Positions 62,991-64,000 of a DNA stretch of 64,000 bases are shown piece by piece; the first letter of the stretch is position 1; each line of letters opens with the position of its first letter. The stretch is taken from the NCBI GenBank assembly GCA_003562075.1, contig PWWP01000111.1, positions 5,793-69,792 on the forward strand, read 5' to 3'. The notes below the pieces were generated by a model that did no database searches, was not told where the DNA came from, and was given only the letters and a program-made list of their open reading frames with translations. The stretch is from Gemmatimonadota bacterium. GTDB lineage: Bacteria > Gemmatimonadota > Gemmatimonadetes > Longimicrobiales > Gaopeijiaceae. A program made the position numbers and the translations under genes.

Positions 62991-64000
62991 TCAGGTCCGG
63001 ATGGTGGGGTAGGAATTCAACCGGTTGTAGAGCGTTTTCAGGCTGATTCCCAGCTTCTTGGCGGCGCAGGGCTTGCTGCCGTCCATGCAATGGAGTGTGC
63101 GCATGATGAGCTCCCGCTCCGCTTCTTTGAGCGACGTGCCCATCGGCACGTGGAAGACCGGATCCGGCTCTGGGGAATCGGACAGAAAATCAGTCGGCAG
63201 CGCCTCGGGCGGGATCTCTCTTCCCTCCGACATCAGATAGGCGGTGTGAATCGCGTTGCGGAGCTCTCGGACGTTACCCGGCCACGTATGCTCGCGTAGG
63301 CGATCCAGGGTTTCTGAGGTCAGGGTCTTCGTGGCTCCTTCCTCTGACACCACCTCGGCAAGAAAGGCCTTTGCGAGGAGCTCAATGTCCTCCAGGCGTT
63401 CACGGAGAGGGGGGATCTCGAGCTGGAGAACACTCAGACGGTAGTAGAGATCCGGCCGCAGCCGGCCCTCGCTCAGCGCACGGGCTGGAGTCCGGCTCGT
63501 GGCTGCAACCGTCCTGAAGTCCGCTCTCACGAGGTCTTCACCGCCGGTCCGGTAGAACGCTCCCTGCTCCAGGACTCTCAAGAGATTCACCTGAACGTCC
63601 ACGGACATTTCGGTGACCTCATCGAGGAACACCGTTCCACCGTGCGCACGCTCGAAGACTCCTCGATGGCGGCGCTTGGCTCCCGTAAAGCTACCGCGCT
63701 CGTGTCCGAAGAGCTGACTCTCCAACAGTGTGGGGGAGAGAGCTCCGCAGTTGATAGCCACAAACGGACCGTCACTCCGGTGGCTCAAGTCATGTAGCCG
63801 TCGCGCCACCAACTCCTTTCCACTGCCCGTCTCCCCGATGATCAGAACCGGTGCCTGCGCCGGCGCCATGCACTCTATACGACTCTTCAACTGGCGCATG
63901 GCTGGAGCACTGCCCAGCAGCTGCATCTGGTGACCATCGAACTCCGCACTCTCGGGAGATGACACCGCATCCGCTTTCTCTCCAGGTACCACGTGGCCGT
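62991..64000 (-). CDS. Sigma-54-dependent transcriptional activator (AAA+ plus Fis-type HTH), 5' end possibly beyond the window
   Basis: Walker A is GETGSGKE. Motifs ESQLFGHERGSFTGA (GAFTGA variant) and VFLDEV are present. The C-terminal HTH is AAKKLGISLKTLYNRL. The frame stays open from GTG 63992 to the window edge. Confidence 0.85.
   Translation of the reverse strand, partial: GHVVPGEKADAVSSPESAEFDGHQMQLLGSAPAMRQLKSRIECMAPAQAPVLIIGETGSGKELVARRLHDLSHRSDGPFVAINCGALSPTLLESQLFGHERGSFTGAKRRHRGVFERAHGGTVFLDEVTEMSVDVQVNLLRVLEQGAFYRTGGEDLVRADFRTVAATSRTPARALSEGRLRPDLYYRLSVLQLEIPPLRERLEDIELLAKAFLAEVVSEEGATKTLTSETLDRLREHTWPGNVRELRNAIHTAYLMSEGREIPPEALPTDFLSDSPEPDPVFHVPMGTSLKEAERELIMRTLHCMDGSKPCAAKKLGISLKTLYNRLNSYPTIRT

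Overview
The window is a high-GC (roughly two-thirds G+C by eye) bacterial chromosomal segment. It is densely packed with mostly housekeeping genes arranged in long co-directional arrays, many joined by 1-4 nt stop/start overlaps. The outer-membrane barrel protein, the System I cytochrome c maturation genes and the paired M16 peptidases suggest a diderm, but phylum assignment is inference only.

Confidently recognised genes, called by motif memory rather than alignment: purD, mutM, glmS, dtd, maf, glpK, recA, alaS, rarA, hflX, pdxJ, ispE and ubiE/menG. Also recognised are two Cys/Met-family PLP enzymes, a fused 5-oxoprolinase, an M48 peptidase, an Fe-S cluster trio (Nfu, ApbC/Mrp, small ORF) and a ccmE-F-X-A-B-C-D cluster. 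I saw no rRNA, tRNA, CRISPR array, transposase or integrase.

No unambiguous new multi-gene system can be proven from sequence alone. The items most worth a second look are:
1. A translationally coupled operon of PfkB kinase, STAS::GHKL kinase, DUF4325-like STAS protein and PLP enzyme (18-3770). It looks like a partner-switching module with no sigma factor or phosphatase nearby.
2. A variant System I Ccm cluster. Its CcmE carries CxxxY in place of HxxxY, there is no CcmG or CcmH, and an inserted membrane/zinc-ribbon protein sits between ccmF and ccmA.
3. A roughly 480-nt non-coding gap containing a 346-nt element closed by a 17-nt inverted repeat, which could be a structured RNA or a MITE.
4. 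An ECF sigma operon whose anti-sigma factor has an internally duplicated HxxxCxxC module.
5. A 1499-aa CheB-CheR-PAS-GAF-histidine kinase coupled to a LuxR regulator, next to an 850-nt unannotated stretch with a coding-like small ORF.

The many long ORFs antisense to, or out of frame with, these genes are high-GC shadow ORFs and were rejected.
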